Part shown: one piece after another, positions 9,431 to 17,873 of the stretch
Numbering within the stretch: position 1 is the stretch's first letter
Layout: each line of letters begins with the position of its first letter
NCBI GenBank assembly: GCA_963837945.1
Contig: CAWIQD010000009.1
Span: forward strand, 64,529 to 128,528
DNA: 64,000 bases
Reading direction: 5' to 3'
From: an uncultured Acidobacteriota bacterium
GTDB taxonomy: Bacteria; Acidobacteriota; Thermoanaerobaculia; Multivoradales; DATKCC01
Position numbers and translations under genes: made by a program
The notes under the pieces: model-generated
Databases searched by the model: none
The model's input: the letters and a program-made list of their open reading frames with translations, nothing else
Told to the model about the DNA's origin: nothing

Positions 9431-11125
9431 ATGAGCCCGAGAGCCTTCCTCGCGTCCTGCCTCCTCGTCCTCCTCGCCCTGCCGGCGGCCGCCGCCACCG
9501 GTCCGGGGCCCCGCTTCGTCGACGTCACGGCGGCGAGCGGCGTGGACTTCACCCACCAGACCGGCGGCTTCGGCAAGAAGTGGCTGCCCGAGACCATGGG
9601 CTCGGGCGTCGTCCTGCTCGACGCCAACGGCGACGGCCGCCTGGACATCCTGTTCTTGAACGGCCACAGCTTCCCCGGGCAGGCCAAGTCGCCGGGCAAG
9701 GACGCGACCCAGAAGCTGTTCCTGAACCGGGGCGGGCTCAAGTTCGAGGACGCCACGAAGAAGGCGGGGCTCGATCTCTCCGCCTACTGCCTGGGGGGCG
9801 CGGCCGGCGACGTCGACAACGACGGGGACACCGACCTCTACCTCTCCTGCCTGGGGACCGACCACCTGCTGCGCAACGACGGCGGCCACTTCACCGACGT
9901 CTCGAAGCAGGCCGGCCTCTCGCGCGTCGCCGAGTTCGGGGTCTCGGTCGCCATGCTCGACGCCGACCACGACGGCGACCTCGACATCTACGCCACCCGT
10001 TACGTCACCTGGACGCCCGACACGGACCTCTTCTGCACCCTCGACGGCGAGTCCAAGGCCTTCTGCACCCCGGAGTCCTACCCCGGCGCCTCGCCCCGCT
10101 TCTACCGCAACAAGGGCGACGGCACCTTCGAGGACGCGACCAAGCAGGCCGGCCTCTTCAAGCCGACCGCCAAGTCCCTGGGGGTCGCCGTGCTCGACCT
10201 GGACGGCGACGGCTGGGAGGACCTGGCGGTGGCCAACGACACGCAGCCCAACCTGCTCTACCGCAACCGGGGCGACGGCACCTTCGAGGAGATCGGCGTC
10301 GCCTCGGGCATGGCGTTCTCGGAGACCGGAGTCGCCCGCGGCGGCATGGGGATCGACGCCGCCGACTACGACCGGAGCGGCCGTCCCTCGCTGGTGATCG
10401 GCAACTTCGCCAACGAGATGGCCGCCCTCTACCGCAACGAGGGCAACCAGCTCTTCGTCGACGTGGCGCCGGTCTCGGAGCTCGGGCGCAAGACGCTCCT
10501 CACCCTGACCTTCAGCGCCTTCTACTTCGACTACGACCTCGACGGCTGGCTCGACCTGTTCCTGGCCAACGGCCACCTCGACCCGGACATCGAGCAGGTC
10601 CAGCCGCGCGTCCTCTACGCCCAGCCCTCGCAGCTCTTCCACAACGCCGGCAAGGGCAAGTTCGAGGCCGCTCCCGAGGCGACGGTGCACGACCTCGAGC
10701 GCCCGCGGGTGGCGCGCGGCGCGGCCTACGGCGACCTCGACGGCGACGGCGACCTCGACCTGGTGGTGACCGCCAACGGCGGCAAGGCGGCGCTCTTCGA
10801 GAACCGGGGACCGGGCCAGGGCAACTGGCTGCGCCTCGCCCTGCGGGGCACCCGGAGCGACCGGGACGGCGTCGGGGCCCGGATCGAGCTGACCGCCGGC
10901 GGCGGCACGCAGCGCTGGCTGGTGCGGACCGGCGGAAGCTACCTCTCCCAGTCCCAGGTGGCGCCGGTCTTCGGCCTGGGCGCCGCGAGCCGCGCCGACA
11001 AGGTGGTCGTCCGGTGGCCGTCGGGAACGGTCCAGACGTTGACCGACGTGCAGGCCAACCAGGTCCTCGAGGTGGTGGAGCCCGAGGCGGCGAAGCCGGC
11101 TCCCGCGGCCAAGGCGACCCGCTAG
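9431..11125 (+). CDS. secreted CRTAC1-like FG-GAP beta-propeller with ASPIC/UnbV domain
   Basis: Signal peptide, ETMGSG, many DxDxDG loops, C-terminal GGSYLSQS..FGLG..VRWPSG. Confidence 0.9.
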   Translation: MSPRAFLASCLLVLLALPAAAATGPGPRFVDVTAASGVDFTHQTGGFGKKWLPETMGSGVVLLDANGDGRLDILFLNGHSFPGQAKSPGKDATQKLFLNRGGLKFEDATKKAGLDLSAYCLGGAAGDVDNDGDTDLYLSCLGTDHLLRNDGGHFTDVSKQAGLSRVAEFGVSVAMLDADHDGDLDIYATRYVTWTPDTDLFCTLDGESKAFCTPESYPGASPRFYRNKGDGTFEDATKQAGLFKPTAKSLGVAVLDLDGDGWEDLAVANDTQPNLLYRNRGDGTFEEIGVASGMAFSETGVARGGMGIDAADYDRSGRPSLVIGNFANEMAALYRNEGNQLFVDVAPVSELGRKTLLTLTFSAFYFDYDLDGWLDLFLANGHLDPDIEQVQPRVLYAQPSQLFHNAGKGKFEAAPEATVHDLERPRVARGAAYGDLDGDGDLDLVVTANGGKAALFENRGPGQGNWLRLALRGTRSDRDGVGARIELTAGGGTQRWLVRTGGSYLSQSQVAPVFGLGAASRADKVVVRWPSGTVQTLTDVQANQVLEVVEPEAAKPAPAAKATR

Positions 11126-11141
11126 ACCGAAACCGCACAGA

Positions 11142-11223
11142 TCTCGCGCAGAGCCGCAGAGGCGCAGGGGCGCGGCTCTTCCCGTCGGTCGCCCTACTCT
11201 GCGTCTCTGCGCCTCTGCGCGAG
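11142..11223. repeat. inverted-repeat element with arms made of (GCAGAGSC)n octamers, short form
   Basis: TCTCGCGCAGAGCCGCAGAGGCGCAG...CTCTGCGTCTCTGCGCCTCTGCGCGAG; same ends as the element at 60858-61054. Confidence 0.85.
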
Positions 11224-11259
11224 CACTTCGGATCGTACGGCGCAGGATGAAAGCTTCCG

Positions 11260-11513
11260 CTACTCGCCGTGCTGCCAGCAGAAGCGCGAGCCCGGCTGCG
11301 CCTCGCGGCCGCAGCGCCGGCCGCTCTTCGTCACGGCCTCGCACTGCGCATCCGTTGCCGCGGAGCGGCGGGCGGCTCGGGAGCGGCCGGGGCCGGCCCG
11401 GCGGCCTCCGCCTGCGGGCCACTCTCCTCTTCGGCTCTCAGGAGTCCGTAGGCCAGGGCGCCGAGGCCGAGCGCGCCGAGGAGAAGGCAGAGCTTCCTCA
11501 GGAAACGATTCAT
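11260..11513 (-). CDS. small membrane-anchored protein with a C-terminal C/C/C/H motif (DUF5763-like), frameshifted
   Basis: N-terminus MNRFLRKLCLLLGALGLG; a second frame reads QCEAVTKSGRRCGREAQPGSRFCWQHGE*; total span 254 nt, one short of a multiple of 3. Confidence 0.65.
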
Positions 11514-11541
11514 GGCGCGCTGATTGTAGCCTGCCACCGGC

Positions 11542-12615
11542 TCACACGCGCATCAGGACCGAGCCCCAGTGGAGGCCTGCCCCGAGGGCGGTGAAAGCGA
11601 CCAGCGAGCCGGGCGGAGCCTTCCCCTCGAGGCGCGCCTCGTGGAAGGCGAGCGGCAGGGTGGCCGAGGTCGTGTTGCCGTACTTCTGGATGTTGTTGAA
11701 GACCTTCTCCTCGGGCAGCGCCAGGGCCTTGCGCGAGGCTTCGTTGATCCGCAGATTGGCCTGGTGCATGACCAGCAGGTCGAGGTCCTCGATGCCGTAG
11801 CCCTGCGCCGCCAGGACCTCCAGCGTCACCTCCGGCATGCGCGAGACCGCCAGCTTGAAGACCTGGCGGCCGTCCATCACCGGCACCGTCTCCCCCTTGG
11901 CCACCATCTCGCTGGTGACGAAGGGGCGCCGGGCCGAGCCGCCTCCGGGCACGTAGAGGATGTCCTTGTGGCTGCCGTCGGCGTAGAGGCGCGACGCGAG
12001 GATGCCCCGGCCGTCCGCCTCCTCGGCGGCACGGAAGACCATGGCGCCGGCGGCGTCGCCGAACAGGACCAGCAGGTGGCGGAACTGCGAGTTCCAGGCG
12101 AATTCCTCCTCGGAGAGGGCGTCGTCGCCGTCGCCCATCAGCACCTCCCAGGTCCGCTCGGAGAACGGCATCAGCGAGGTGTGGACGTCGGTGCCGATCA
12201 GCAGGACGGTCCGCGCCGTGCCGCTCCCGATCAGGGCGTCGACGGTCTGGAGGCCATAGGCGAAGCCGGCGCACTGCTGCCGGATGTCCAGGACCGGCAG
12301 GGCGTCGATCCCCAGGCGCTCCTGGACGAGCGGGCCGGAGCCGGGGAAGTAGTGGTCCGGGGTCATGGTGGCGAGCACCATGTAGTCGATCTCGCCGGGC
12401 TCCACCCCGGCGTCCTCGAGGGCGGCGCGGGCGGCCTGGGCGCCCAGGTCGGCCGAGCCCGTGCCGGGCTCCACGAAGTAGCGGGTGACGATGCCGCTGC
12501 GCTCCTGGATCCACTCGTCGTCGGTGTCGACGATCCGGGCGAGCCGGTGATTGTCGACGCGGATCGGGGGCACGGCGATCCCGCTGCCGGCGAAGACGGC
12601 TCGAAGTCGGCTCAT
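11542..12615 (-). CDS. fabH: 3-oxoacyl-ACP synthase III
   Basis: Catalytic Cys (QQCAGF), HQANLRI, YGNTTSA, FGDAAGA, MDGRQVFK. Confidence 0.9.
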   Translation of the reverse strand: MSRLRAVFAGSGIAVPPIRVDNHRLARIVDTDDEWIQERSGIVTRYFVEPGTGSADLGAQAARAALEDAGVEPGEIDYMVLATMTPDHYFPGSGPLVQERLGIDALPVLDIRQQCAGFAYGLQTVDALIGSGTARTVLLIGTDVHTSLMPFSERTWEVLMGDGDDALSEEEFAWNSQFRHLLVLFGDAAGAMVFRAAEEADGRGILASRLYADGSHKDILYVPGGGSARRPFVTSEMVAKGETVPVMDGRQVFKLAVSRMPEVTLEVLAAQGYGIEDLDLLVMHQANLRINEASRKALALPEEKVFNNIQKYGNTTSATLPLAFHEARLEGKAPPGSLVAFTALGAGLHWGSVLMRV

Positions 12616-12652
12616 GATCGGTTTCCTCTGCCTGCCGGACTCGAAGTGCCGC

Positions 12653-13258
12653 TCAGCGCGGAGGCGGGACGGCCCGCCGGGCGCCGGGCTGGTAGAAGGT
12701 GGTCACGCCCCCCTGCTCGTGGAACCAGTAGAAGTGCTCGGGGCGGCGCCCGTCGAGCCCCGCCGGGGCGTCCTCCGCGTAGGTCCAGACCTCGACCGCC
12801 GAGCCGTCGCGCGGCGCGACCTCGTAGGAGACCTTCGCGGGCTCGCCGTAGAGCACGTAGATCGTGCCGCGGGCGGTGCGGCGGCCGAGGACGCCGCCCT
12901 CGCCGTACAGGCGATCGGCGTCGGCGGCCCGGCGCTCGAGCTCGAGGCGCACCGGGTTGCCGGGCTCGGCGGGATCGGGGTCCCGCCGGCTCCAGAAGGT
13001 CTCGATGAAGTCGCCGGCCGCGAAGTCGTCCGTGAGGTGCGAGTAGGCCTCGATCTCCGCGGGCGTCGCGATCCGGGCGACCGGGCCCACCAGCCAGCCC
13101 GCGTAGTCCGGGCCGAGCGCGGTGTTGACCAGGTCGCCGGGGCGGGCCGACGGCGCGCGGGTCGCGCCGCTGCCGCAGGCCGCGAGAGAGAGCAACGCGC
13201 CGGCGACCAGAGCGAGACCGGCGCTTCGGGAGGCCGCCCGGGAGCGCCGGTCAACCAC
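12653..13258 (-). CDS. GWxTD-domain lipoprotein (degenerate motif)
   Basis: Lipobox LAAC; FWSRRDPDP..N..RR..AD..GRRTARGTIYVLYGEP..EVWTY. Confidence 0.75.
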   Translation of the reverse strand: MVDRRSRAASRSAGLALVAGALLSLAACGSGATRAPSARPGDLVNTALGPDYAGWLVGPVARIATPAEIEAYSHLTDDFAAGDFIETFWSRRDPDPAEPGNPVRLELERRAADADRLYGEGGVLGRRTARGTIYVLYGEPAKVSYEVAPRDGSAVEVWTYAEDAPAGLDGRRPEHFYWFHEQGGVTTFYQPGARRAVPPPR

Positions 13259-13868
13259 GGCGCAGCAGGTCCAGGAACTCTTCCCGGACCTCCTTGCGGT
13301 AGAAGGTGCCGCGAATCGCCGAGGTCACGGTGACCGCCCCCGGCTTTTTGACCCCCCGCATCTCGACGCACAGGTGGCGGGCCTCGACAACCACCATCGC
13401 TCCGAGGGGGTTGAGCTGGTCCTGGAGGAAGCCGACCACCTGCTCGGTGAGCCGCTCCTGGAGCTGCGGGCGCTTGGCGTAGAACTCCACGATCCGCGCC
13501 ATCTTCGACAGGCCGATGATCCGGTCTCTCGGGATGTAGCCGATGTGGGCGTGGCCGTAGAAGGGGACCAGGTGGTGGGCGCACATGGAGTAGAAGGGGA
13601 TCTCCTTCTCGATCACCATGCCGCTGTACCCCTCCTCGTTCGGGAAGGTAGTGACGTTCGGCTCGGAGCCCTCGAGCAGGCCGTGGAACATCTCGAGGTA
13701 CATCTTCGCCACTCGCAGGTCGGTCCCCTGGAGGTTGGGATCGGCCAGGTCCAGGCCGAGGTCCTCCAGGAGGCCCCGGACGTGGCCGGCCAGGCGCAGA
13801 GCCCGCGCGCGGTTCTCCGGGTCGAGGTCGTCGAGCTCCGCGGGCGGGGTGTCGAGTTCGAGGGTCAT
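13251..13868 (-). CDS. folE: GTP cyclohydrolase I
   Basis: SMCAHHLVPFYG, IGLSKMAR, RPQLQERLT, ARHLCVEMRGV. Confidence 0.95.
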   Translation of the reverse strand: MTLELDTPPAELDDLDPENRARALRLAGHVRGLLEDLGLDLADPNLQGTDLRVAKMYLEMFHGLLEGSEPNVTTFPNEEGYSGMVIEKEIPFYSMCAHHLVPFYGHAHIGYIPRDRIIGLSKMARIVEFYAKRPQLQERLTEQVVGFLQDQLNPLGAMVVVEARHLCVEMRGVKKPGAVTVTSAIRGTFYRKEVREEFLDLLRRG

Positions 13869-13963
13869 GGGAGCCGTAGTCTACAATGGCGCGCCGTGTC
13901 CCATCGGGTGCCCCTCGCTCCCCTCCCCGCGGCGGGCGACGATTGGTTCTACAATAGCCCGCC

Positions 13964-15193
13964 GTGTCCGCCCGGCTCCCTCCCGACGTCCTCGACCCGC
14001 GCTTCTACGACCGTCTCGGCGAGGTTCCCGAGGCGCTGTTCGACGACCACCTCTACTGGAGCGTCGAGCTGTTGGAGCGCTACGCCCGGGAGTGGGCCCT
14101 CGAGATCGCCGCCCGTTTGGGCCTGCCGGCGGCTCTCGCCACGGCTCCGGAAGGCGGCGCCACCGCCCGCGACCTGGTCGTGGAGCTCGGCCTCGTCCCG
14201 AGCTTCGCCTACCCTCTCTCCTGGGTGCTCGAGCAGCTCGCGGCGCTCGGCGAGATCGACGCCGCCGGCCGGCCCGGCGATCCGGACCGGCGGCGGTTCC
14301 GGGCCTCCGGCACGCCGCGCGCCGCCCGCCGCGAGCCGATCCGCGAGGCGGTGCTCGCCCACGGACCGGACAACGCGCCGTTCGTCGAGCTGCTGGACGC
14401 CGCGGGCGAGGCCTGGCCGCAGGTCGCGCGCGGCGAGGCGCGCGGCGAGGACCTGCTGCTGTCGCCGGGCAGGATCGGCTCGTGGGTGCGCTACTTCGCG
14501 AACGACAACCCGGTCTACGCCCTCAACAACCGCCTGGCCGCGGTCGCCGCCGCCCACCGGCTGCCGCCGGCGGGAGGGTTCCGGCTGCTCGAGGTGGGGG
14601 CCGGAGCGGGAAGCGGCAGCGTCGCGCTGCTCGAGGCGCTCGAAGCCGGCGGCCTCCTGGGCCACCTGGAGGAGTACCGGCTCACCGAGCCCGCCCCGAT
14701 GCTCCGCCGGAGGGCGACGCGGACCGTCACCGGGCGCTGGCCGACCGTGCCGCTCCAGGAAGGGGCGCTCGACATCGACCGTCCCTGGTCGCAGGAGGTC
14801 GAGCCCGAGAGCGTCGACCTGGTGTTCGGGGTCAACGTGTTCCACGTCGCGGTCGACCTGGAGCGGGCCCTCCGCGAGGCGCTCCGGACGTTGCGGCCGG
14901 GAGGCCGGCTGGTGCTCGGCGAGTGTCTGCGACCCTTCCCGGGCCAGCCGGTGGCGGCGGAGATGACCTTCTTACCCCTCGAGGGCTTCCGCGACGTCCA
15001 CCTCGATCCGGACCTCCGTCCCCATCCCGGCTTCCTCACCCCCGAGCTGTGGCTGGCGAACCTGGAGCGGGCCGGGTTCGCCGAGCTCGAGGTGGTGCCC
15101 GACGTCCGCGCGCTGCGCGAGATCTATCCGCGGGCCGCCGCCGGCGCGATCTGCGGCCGGCGGCCTCGTGCCCCCGGTACAATCACTGCATGA
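13964..15193 (+). CDS. class I SAM-dependent methyltransferase
   Basis: LEVGAGAGS motif I, DLVFGVNVFH, LRPGGRLVLGE. Confidence 0.85.
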   Translation: MSARLPPDVLDPRFYDRLGEVPEALFDDHLYWSVELLERYAREWALEIAARLGLPAALATAPEGGATARDLVVELGLVPSFAYPLSWVLEQLAALGEIDAAGRPGDPDRRRFRASGTPRAARREPIREAVLAHGPDNAPFVELLDAAGEAWPQVARGEARGEDLLLSPGRIGSWVRYFANDNPVYALNNRLAAVAAAHRLPPAGGFRLLEVGAGAGSGSVALLEALEAGGLLGHLEEYRLTEPAPMLRRRATRTVTGRWPTVPLQEGALDIDRPWSQEVEPESVDLVFGVNVFHVAVDLERALREALRTLRPGGRLVLGECLRPFPGQPVAAEMTFLPLEGFRDVHLDPDLRPHPGFLTPELWLANLERAGFAELEVVPDVRALREIYPRAAAGAICGRRPRAPGTITA

Positions 15194-15230
15194 GCCTTCG
15201 GGACGCACGAGACGAAAGGAACCGACCGAC

Positions 15231-15464
15231 ATGAGCCACCACCTGAGCATCGAGTACTGCACCGCTTGAAACTACCGCCCCCGGGCCGCCGGTCTGGCGG
15301 ACTCGATCCAGCGGCGTTTCGACCTCGAGGCCGACCTCGTCAAGGGGCGGGGCGGCGTCTTCGAGGTGACCTTCGACGGCGAGACCCTGTTCTCGAAGAA
15401 GGAGACCGGACGCTTTCCGCAGCCGGACGAGGTGGAGACGGCGCTCGGCGAGAGGCTGGGTTGA
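15231..15464 (+). CDS. Rdx family (SelW/SelT/SelH-like) selenoprotein, 77 aa, with in-frame UGA = Sec at 15267-15269
   Basis: MSHHLSIEYCTAUNYRPRAAGLA..GRGGVFEVTFDGETLFSKKETGRFP; CxxU motif; SECIS-like hairpin follows; selB is nearby. Confidence 0.92.
15286..15300 (+). promoter_or_regulatory. bacterial SECIS element
   Basis: CCGCC-GGTCT-GGCGG hairpin; the loop starts 21 nt after the UGA and resembles the GGUCU apical region of the E. coli fdhF SECIS. Confidence 0.75.
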
Positions 15465-15530
15465 TCGCATCGCCCCCGCACCCTCGATCCCTCTCCCGAA
15501 GCCTTGCTTGGCCCGAGGGATCCGCCGGCG

Positions 15531-16661
15531 TCAGGGCGTGAGCTCGAGGGCGGCGAGGAAGCGTTCCGCGACCCGCTGCCAGTCGTAGCCTTCGGCCCGG
15601 CGGCGGCCGGCCGCGCCGAAGCGGTGCCGGAGCTCGGCGTCGTCCAGCAGGCGCACCAGGGCCGCGGCCAGCGCCTCCGGATCGCGCGGCGGCACCAGGA
15701 GGCCGGCCTCGCCGTCCGGCACCAGCTCGGGCACCGCCCCGGCGGCCGCAGCCACCACCGGCAGCCCGGCGGCCATCGCCTCCAGGAAGGCGATGCCGAA
15801 CCCCTCCTGGAGGCTGGGCAGGCAGAAGAGGTCGGCCGCGAAGTACTCCCGGCGCACCTGCCGTTCGTCGGGCACCTCGCCGAGGAACCGGACCGCACCG
15901 TCGAGCCCCAGGGCCCGGGCACGGGCGACGAGCGACGGCAGCTCCGGACCGCCGCCGACGATCCGCACCCGCACCCCGGGATGGCGCCGGAAGACGGCCG
16001 GGAGAGCCGCGAGTAGCGTCGCCGTGTCCTTGCGCCGGTACTGGCGCGCCACGCTCAGGATGACCGGCCCCCCGGCTCCTACGCCGCCCGTGCCCTCGCC
16101 GGCGGCGACCTCGTCCACCGCCTCCGGCCGCCACTCGGCGAGGCGGATGCCTTCCGGGACCACGAGGAGGCGGCCGGGCTCGACCCCGTAGGCGGCCGCC
16201 GCCGCCCGGCGGCAGTACTCGCTGGTCACCACCACCCGGTCGGCACGCCGGGCGTTGCGCCCTTCCAGCCGCGCGAGGAGGCCGAGGGTGAGGCCGGGAG
16301 CTCCCCGCTCGTGGCGCCTCTCCTCGGCCGCGACGCCCTTGAGGGAGACGATCCTCGCCGGCCGCTCGCCGGCGGCGCCCGGCGGCGCCAGGAAGCAGCC
16401 GTCGAGGTCGAAACCGACCACCGCGTCGACCGGACCGAGCCGGGCGAGCGCGCCCGCCAGGCGCCGTCGCAGGCCGAGGTTGAAGGCCAGGCGCCGAGCC
16501 AGGCTGAGCGGGCGGCCTCGGTCGTTTCCGCCGGGCGCGATCCAGGTGACCCGGCACCCGAGCGCTTCGAGCCCTTGGCCCAGCCCGGAGATCGCGGCCG
16601 CGGTGCCGGTGCCCTTCTCGGGGGCGAGGGTCCAGGAGTTGAGGAAGAGGAGGTGGCTCAT
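15531..16661 (-). CDS. glycosyltransferase family 4
   Basis: LSVARQYRRKD, LPSLQEGFGIAFLEAMAAGLPVV. Confidence 0.92.
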   Translation of the reverse strand: MSHLLFLNSWTLAPEKGTGTAAAISGLGQGLEALGCRVTWIAPGGNDRGRPLSLARRLAFNLGLRRRLAGALARLGPVDAVVGFDLDGCFLAPPGAAGERPARIVSLKGVAAEERRHERGAPGLTLGLLARLEGRNARRADRVVVTSEYCRRAAAAAYGVEPGRLLVVPEGIRLAEWRPEAVDEVAAGEGTGGVGAGGPVILSVARQYRRKDTATLLAALPAVFRRHPGVRVRIVGGGPELPSLVARARALGLDGAVRFLGEVPDERQVRREYFAADLFCLPSLQEGFGIAFLEAMAAGLPVVAAAAGAVPELVPDGEAGLLVPPRDPEALAAALVRLLDDAELRHRFGAAGRRRAEGYDWQRVAERFLAALELTP

Positions 16662-16671
16662 CGGCTGCCGG

Positions 16672-16850
16672 AGCCTGGACTATTCATCAGGCGCCGTAGC
16701 GAGAGGCGCAAGTGTGTGTGAGATCAGGGCGCACGTAGCGATAAGCGACGCAGGCGTACTGGACAGTACGTCGAAGAGCGAAGAGCGAGTACGCCCTGAG
16801 ATCGCGTGCAATTGCGCCTCGTAGTAGGTGGCTCGGGAATAGTCCAGGCT
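16672..16850. mobile_element. fold-back MITE-like element A (179 bp)
   Basis: 14-bp TIR AGCCTGGACTATTC / GAATAGTCCAGGCT, nested internal symmetry, lower GC, core at 16746-16778. Confidence 0.65.
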
Positions 16851-17358
16851 AGCCGGCCGGCCCGACGCCGGCCCGGTACGCGCAGCTCTGCCCCGCGGTC
16901 TCCTCCACCTCGACGGTCAGGACCTCGACCGGCGTCTCGGCGAGCGCGGGAGCGATCTGGTCCCAGAGCACCCGTGCGAGGAGCTCGATCGAGACGTTCT
17001 CGAGCGGCAGAAACACCACGTCGTCGGCCGGGAAGCGGTAGGTCCTGCCGTCGAAGCTCACCTCCACGGCGCCTTCCGACGGGCGCACCTCGAGACGGCT
17101 CTCGCGGCCGGCCCGATCGGGGATGAGCGTGCGCTCGTCGAGTGCCCGGCAGGAGCTGCGGATCCGGTCCTTGACGGCCGCGACGTCCACCAGCAGGCCG
17201 ACCTCGTCCAGGCGAGGGCCGGCGAGCAGCACGCGCACCCGGTAGTTGTGCCCGTGGAGGAGCTCCGCGCGACCGCCCGGGAAGAGGGTGAAGTGGGCCG
17301 CCGAGAACTTGAAGTCCTCCTTGGCCAGCCGGATCTCGAAGCAGGGAACCTGGGCCAT
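16849..17358 (-). CDS. 6-pyruvoyl-tetrahydropterin synthase/QueD family protein, PTPS-III type (ExxHGH)
   Basis: FSAAHF..AELLHGHNY..DERTL..VEETAGQ; Glu instead of the catalytic Cys. Confidence 0.85.
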   Translation of the reverse strand: MAQVPCFEIRLAKEDFKFSAAHFTLFPGGRAELLHGHNYRVRVLLAGPRLDEVGLLVDVAAVKDRIRSSCRALDERTLIPDRAGRESRLEVRPSEGAVEVSFDGRTYRFPADDVVFLPLENVSIELLARVLWDQIAPALAETPVEVLTVEVEETAGQSCAYRAGVGPAG

Positions 17359-17417
17359 CGCCCCGCGATTCTACGAGACGGGAGGGCGGCCTTCCTCTCC
17401 CGCCTATAATCCCTGCC

Positions 17418-17873
17418 ATGGCCGAGACACCGCAGCAACGCATCGAGTCGGACCTCAGGACCGCGATGAAGGCCCGGCAGAGCGAGCGGGTCGGCAACCT
17501 GCGCATGCTCCTCGCCGAGCTCAAGAACGAGCGGATCCGGCGTGGCCAGGAGGTCGACGAGAGCGGCTTTCTCGCCCTGCTGCGCCGGGGGATCAAGCAG
17601 CGCCAGGAGGCGGCCGAGCAGTTCGAGAAGGGCGCCCGGCCCGAGCAGGCGGCCAAGGAGCGCCGCGAGGCCGCGGAGCTCGAGGCCTACCTGCCCGCCG
17701 CGCCGAGCGACGACGAGATCCGCTCCGCCGTCGAGGCCTTCGTCGCCGAGCACGGCCTCTCGGGCCCCGCGGCGATGGGCCAGGTGATGCCGGCCATGAT
17801 CGAGCGCTTCTCCGGCCGCGCCGACAACGCCGCCCTCAGCCGGATCGCCCGCGACGTCCTGCAGGGGCGATGA
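17418..17873 (+). CDS. GatB/YqeY domain protein
   Basis: DLRTAMKAR..LRMLLAELKN..IKQRQEAAEQF..YLP..MGQVM. Confidence 0.92.
   Translation: MAETPQQRIESDLRTAMKARQSERVGNLRMLLAELKNERIRRGQEVDESGFLALLRRGIKQRQEAAEQFEKGARPEQAAKERREAAELEAYLPAAPSDDEIRSAVEAFVAEHGLSGPAAMGQVMPAMIERFSGRADNAALSRIARDVLQGR

Noticed and set aside
6502-11250. 1582-aa giant ORF
   Set aside because: After about 8851 it is an out-of-frame Arg/Pro-rich read-through across two real genes.
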